37,492 nucleotides of DNA from positions 1-37,492 of the IMG/VR virus record IMGVR_UViG_3300032314_000486; one strand, written 5' to 3'. The notes beneath the pieces are model-generated. The model saw only the letters and a program-made list of their open reading frames with translations. It did not search any database and was not told where the DNA came from. The stretch comes from a virus. Its lineage: Duplodnaviria > Caudoviricetes. The position numbers were made by a program, and so were the translations under genes. Shown piece after piece: positions 34,924 through 37,492 of the stretch (position 1 is the first letter of the stretch; each line of letters begins with the position of its first letter).

Positions 34924-36762
34924 TCACCCTTGGGCGAGATCCTGGGAACGGAAAAGGATGCCTTGCTCGGACCCGAAATTGCCCGCTTCCTCGGTGATAA
35001 TCTCGGCCATCATCGCCAGGACGATCTGCATACACTCGCAGTCGAGCAAGTGGTCCTGACGGCCGAACTGGTGCCAGACCGACTCGTAGCGGCCGCGGCG
35101 GGCCGTCTTGCGCATGATTTTCTGATAGGCATTGAGATGCTTGAGGTATTCCGGCGGGGCGTCGCCGTGAACGTGCCAGACGGCGGGCTCGGCGAAGCGA
35201 CGGATGGCGAGCTGGTCGCGGATGGGATCGTTCGCCCAATTCACGTAAAGGGCGGGCCGGTTGCGTTCGTTCTGGCGGGCCGTGCCAATCCACGGGTCGC
35301 GCATTTTGACCTGCGAGACGATCTTCTCGATCACTGTGCCATTGAGCAGGCGGTGGGTGAATTTGCGCTGATCGCTGCCCCACGCGCCGCGCCAGTCGAG
35401 TTCGACAAGCCACTGGCAAACGGTGTTCGTCATGTGCGCGATGTCGAGCATCACGTGGTTGGGATTGACGTTGTATTTGCCCGCCAGGACTTCGAGGTCC
35501 GTGCGGGATTCGCATTTGCCGGCGTGAAGCAGCCAGCTCTCGCCGGTGGGCGCCCACGCGCGAACGACAACCCAAAAATGCGAGGTCTCAGCCTGGACGT
35601 CCACGGTCATGAGCGGGGTGCGATCGCGCTGGATCTCGGCCGGCAGGTAGCCGGTGGTCTTGATGGGATCGATGTCGAAGCTCTGTTCCAGGTCAAAGGG
35701 CTCGGCCAGGGTGGAGTTGATGAATTTCTGCCGCGCGGAAAGGCTGGACCGGGAGTTGAGGAACTGGACGGCGAGTTCCGGGAAATGGGTTTTTTTCCAC
35801 GGCGCGTAGAGGGAATTCAGGTGGTAGCTGCGGCGGGTGGATTCGTTCGTGGTGACGGTGGGTTTCCATTCGCCCTCGCGCATCATGTCGGCCTTGTGAT
35901 GGGAAAGGATCTTTTCCTCGCATCGCTGGCATTTGTAGTGGGCGTTGCGGCGGACCTTGGCCATGTCCCAGGTGCCATCGGTTTTCGCCTCGTCCGGAGT
36001 GTCGTCCCACCACCGGACTTGCGCCCAAACGAGTTGAATCTGCTCGCGGCAGAACGGGCACGGCACAAAGTAATACCGCTGGTCACCGAGAAGGAAATTG
36101 ACCCAAATCTCGCCGTAGATGTCCGTGGGCGTGCTGGTCTTGACCAGGAGCGGGTAGTTGAACGTCTTGACGCGTTCCTCGGCGTTCTGCAGGGCACCGG
36201 CCTCCCTTGCCGTGCGTTTGCCGAATTTGTCTGTCTCGTCCATCACGACGAGCCCGCAGGACCGGCCGGCGACCTGCGTGGCGCTATTCGATCCGACGAA
36301 GTAGAGCACGGCGCGGCCGAACCGCTGCTCCATCGTCGTCATAAACTTCCGGCGGGCCGGACCCTGCGGAAGCAAGGCCGCGAGCGGAGCACATTCCTCG
36401 ACGAACGGCTGCCACTTTTGGCGGGAGAAGGATCCACTGAAATCCTTGTCCGGCATGACCCACAGCGTTTCCCCGGGCTCGGTCACAAGCCGATAGCTCA
36501 CGCCGCCCATAACCGTCGTGGTCTTGGCGACCTGTGTGCCGGTGCAGAGCGTGAGATCCTCGATGCGCTTGTTGTTAAAGCAGTCGAACCACTCTCGAAC
36601 GTAGGGCGTCAGGTTGGTGCTGTATTTGCCCTCGTTCTCCCCGCGAACGGAGCAATGTTGCTCCATCCACTGATAAACCCGCTGATCCGGCCGCGGCGCC
36701 AACGCATCGCGCACCGCCTGGCGGTAGTCGGTCAGGCCGCCTCTAAACGAAGAGAGATTCAT
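34924..36762 (-). CDS. terL: Terminase large subunit, lambda GpA family
   Basis: LTPYVREW, Walker A variant TGTQVAKT, Walker B VVMDETD, STPT, GDQRYYFVPCPFC, TVDVQ, DHLLDC; ATG 36762. Confidence 0.92.
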   Translation of the reverse strand: MNLSSFRGGLTDYRQAVRDALAPRPDQRVYQWMEQHCSVRGENEGKYSTNLTPYVREWFDCFNNKRIEDLTLCTGTQVAKTTTVMGGVSYRLVTEPGETLWVMPDKDFSGSFSRQKWQPFVEECAPLAALLPQGPARRKFMTTMEQRFGRAVLYFVGSNSATQVAGRSCGLVVMDETDKFGKRTAREAGALQNAEERVKTFNYPLLVKTSTPTDIYGEIWVNFLLGDQRYYFVPCPFCREQIQLVWAQVRWWDDTPDEAKTDGTWDMAKVRRNAHYKCQRCEEKILSHHKADMMREGEWKPTVTTNESTRRSYHLNSLYAPWKKTHFPELAVQFLNSRSSLSARQKFINSTLAEPFDLEQSFDIDPIKTTGYLPAEIQRDRTPLMTVDVQAETSHFWVVVRAWAPTGESWLLHAGKCESRTDLEVLAGKYNVNPNHVMLDIAHMTNTVCQWLVELDWRGAWGSDQRKFTHRLLNGTVIEKIVSQVKMRDPWIGTARQNERNRPALYVNWANDPIRDQLAIRRFAEPAVWHVHGDAPPEYLKHLNAYQKIMRKTARRGRYESVWHQFGRQDHLLDCECMQIVLAMMAEIITEEAGNFGSEQGILFRSQDLAQG

Positions 36763-37450
36763 CGGCGTGGACCTCCGAGATGGCTTCCTCGATCGCCTTT
36801 CGGATAACTTCCTCGGCCAGCACATCGTCGGCCGGGTTTGCCAGAGCGGCCGCTTTCCTTGGAACAGCCCGCAACCGCGTGAACAGGGCGTTCATGACCT
36901 TCATGGTCATTGTTTTCGCCTCGTCGAATGGAATCAGCGTCCGATCGCGTTCGAGGATCTCACGGACCTGCCGTTCGCTTTCGTAACGGCCGGTCTGCGC
37001 CTGGGTGAACGCCCGAATGCGGTGAACCAGCGCCTCAGAATCTTTGTTGAGGATCGCCTGGTCGACGAGCTGCTTGGCGTTTTCCTCAATATCGACCGCG
37101 GCCTTCCGGCTTGCGTCGATCCGGCTCAAATTTGTTTTTGGTGGAAGCGGCGTATCGCCGTCATCCCCTGTTGCTTCGGCAGCAGGGGATTTTTTTTTGC
37201 TCCGATAGCCCGATCCACGGCCGCCGTGCTCAGCCCGGAACTTCCGAGCCATCTCCAGCGAACCCCGATACTCTTTCGGGAGAAATTTCGAAACGTAGGG
37301 GACCGATGTTCCCCAGTCCGCGGCGATCTCCGCCAGAGTGGGTTTTTTTTGGGCGGAATCCGGCGTCCCCGCACCCTCTGGCGAGGTTTGATCACCTTTC
37401 CCCGGCTCTACTGGCTGTTTTTGCCCATCAGCCGGATTTTCGTCCGCCAT
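36743..37450 (-). CDS. terS: Terminase small subunit (Nu1-like)
   Basis: HTH TLAEIAADWGTSVPYVSK, coiled coil, LIPFDEA...RLRAVPRKAA; overlaps the terL start. Confidence 0.75.
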   Translation of the reverse strand: MADENPADGQKQPVEPGKGDQTSPEGAGTPDSAQKKPTLAEIAADWGTSVPYVSKFLPKEYRGSLEMARKFRAEHGGRGSGYRSKKKSPAAEATGDDGDTPLPPKTNLSRIDASRKAAVDIEENAKQLVDQAILNKDSEALVHRIRAFTQAQTGRYESERQVREILERDRTLIPFDEAKTMTMKVMNALFTRLRAVPRKAAALANPADDVLAEEVIRKAIEEAISEVHADESLFV

Positions 37451-37492
37451 GGCTCGTTCTCCACGACCACAGAGTCAACTTAACTAAACCAA

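Noticed and set aside
37451-37492. cos/packaging site upstream of terS
   Set aside because: Expected by analogy with lambda, but only 42 nt are visible and no diagnostic repeats were seen.

Overview
GC-rich segment of a tailed dsDNA phage or prophage. The morphogenesis module is lambda-like and on the minus strand. Read right to left it runs: small and large (GpA-type) terminase, gpW-like protein, portal, three basic Gly/Ala-rich putative internal-head proteins, cold-shock protein, prohead protease with nested scaffold, cement protein, major capsid, metallophosphoesterase, head-tail and tail genes, tape measure. About 20 kb interrupts the module between terminase and gpW/portal. This consists of a glycosylation cassette (tandem GT9, GT34-like, methyltransferase, nucleotidyltransferase) and a ~15 kb plus-strand block of early-type genes (HTH protein, possible divergent sigma factor, DnaN clamp, two ATP-dependent ligases, ParB with a parS-like site, PAPS-reductase-like enzyme, many small ORFs). 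Four repeated cis-elements were found by eye: (A) an 11-copy palindrome ATCCTTAC(C/G)GTAAGGAT, (B) a 5-copy promoter-like CAAGGTGTCCT-N6-TCTGTTA(C/G)TA, (C) a 4-copy CTAAC-NN-TCCGTCTTAGC, and (D) a (T)TGACA box 13-17 nt before late-gene ATGs. The putative internal-head proteins are divided by a shared L-S-A-L-(R)P..I-E-L/F motif that may be a capsid-targeting or maturation signal. No integrase, rRNA, tRNA or CRISPR array was recognised. All product calls come from motif recognition and gene order, not database searches.
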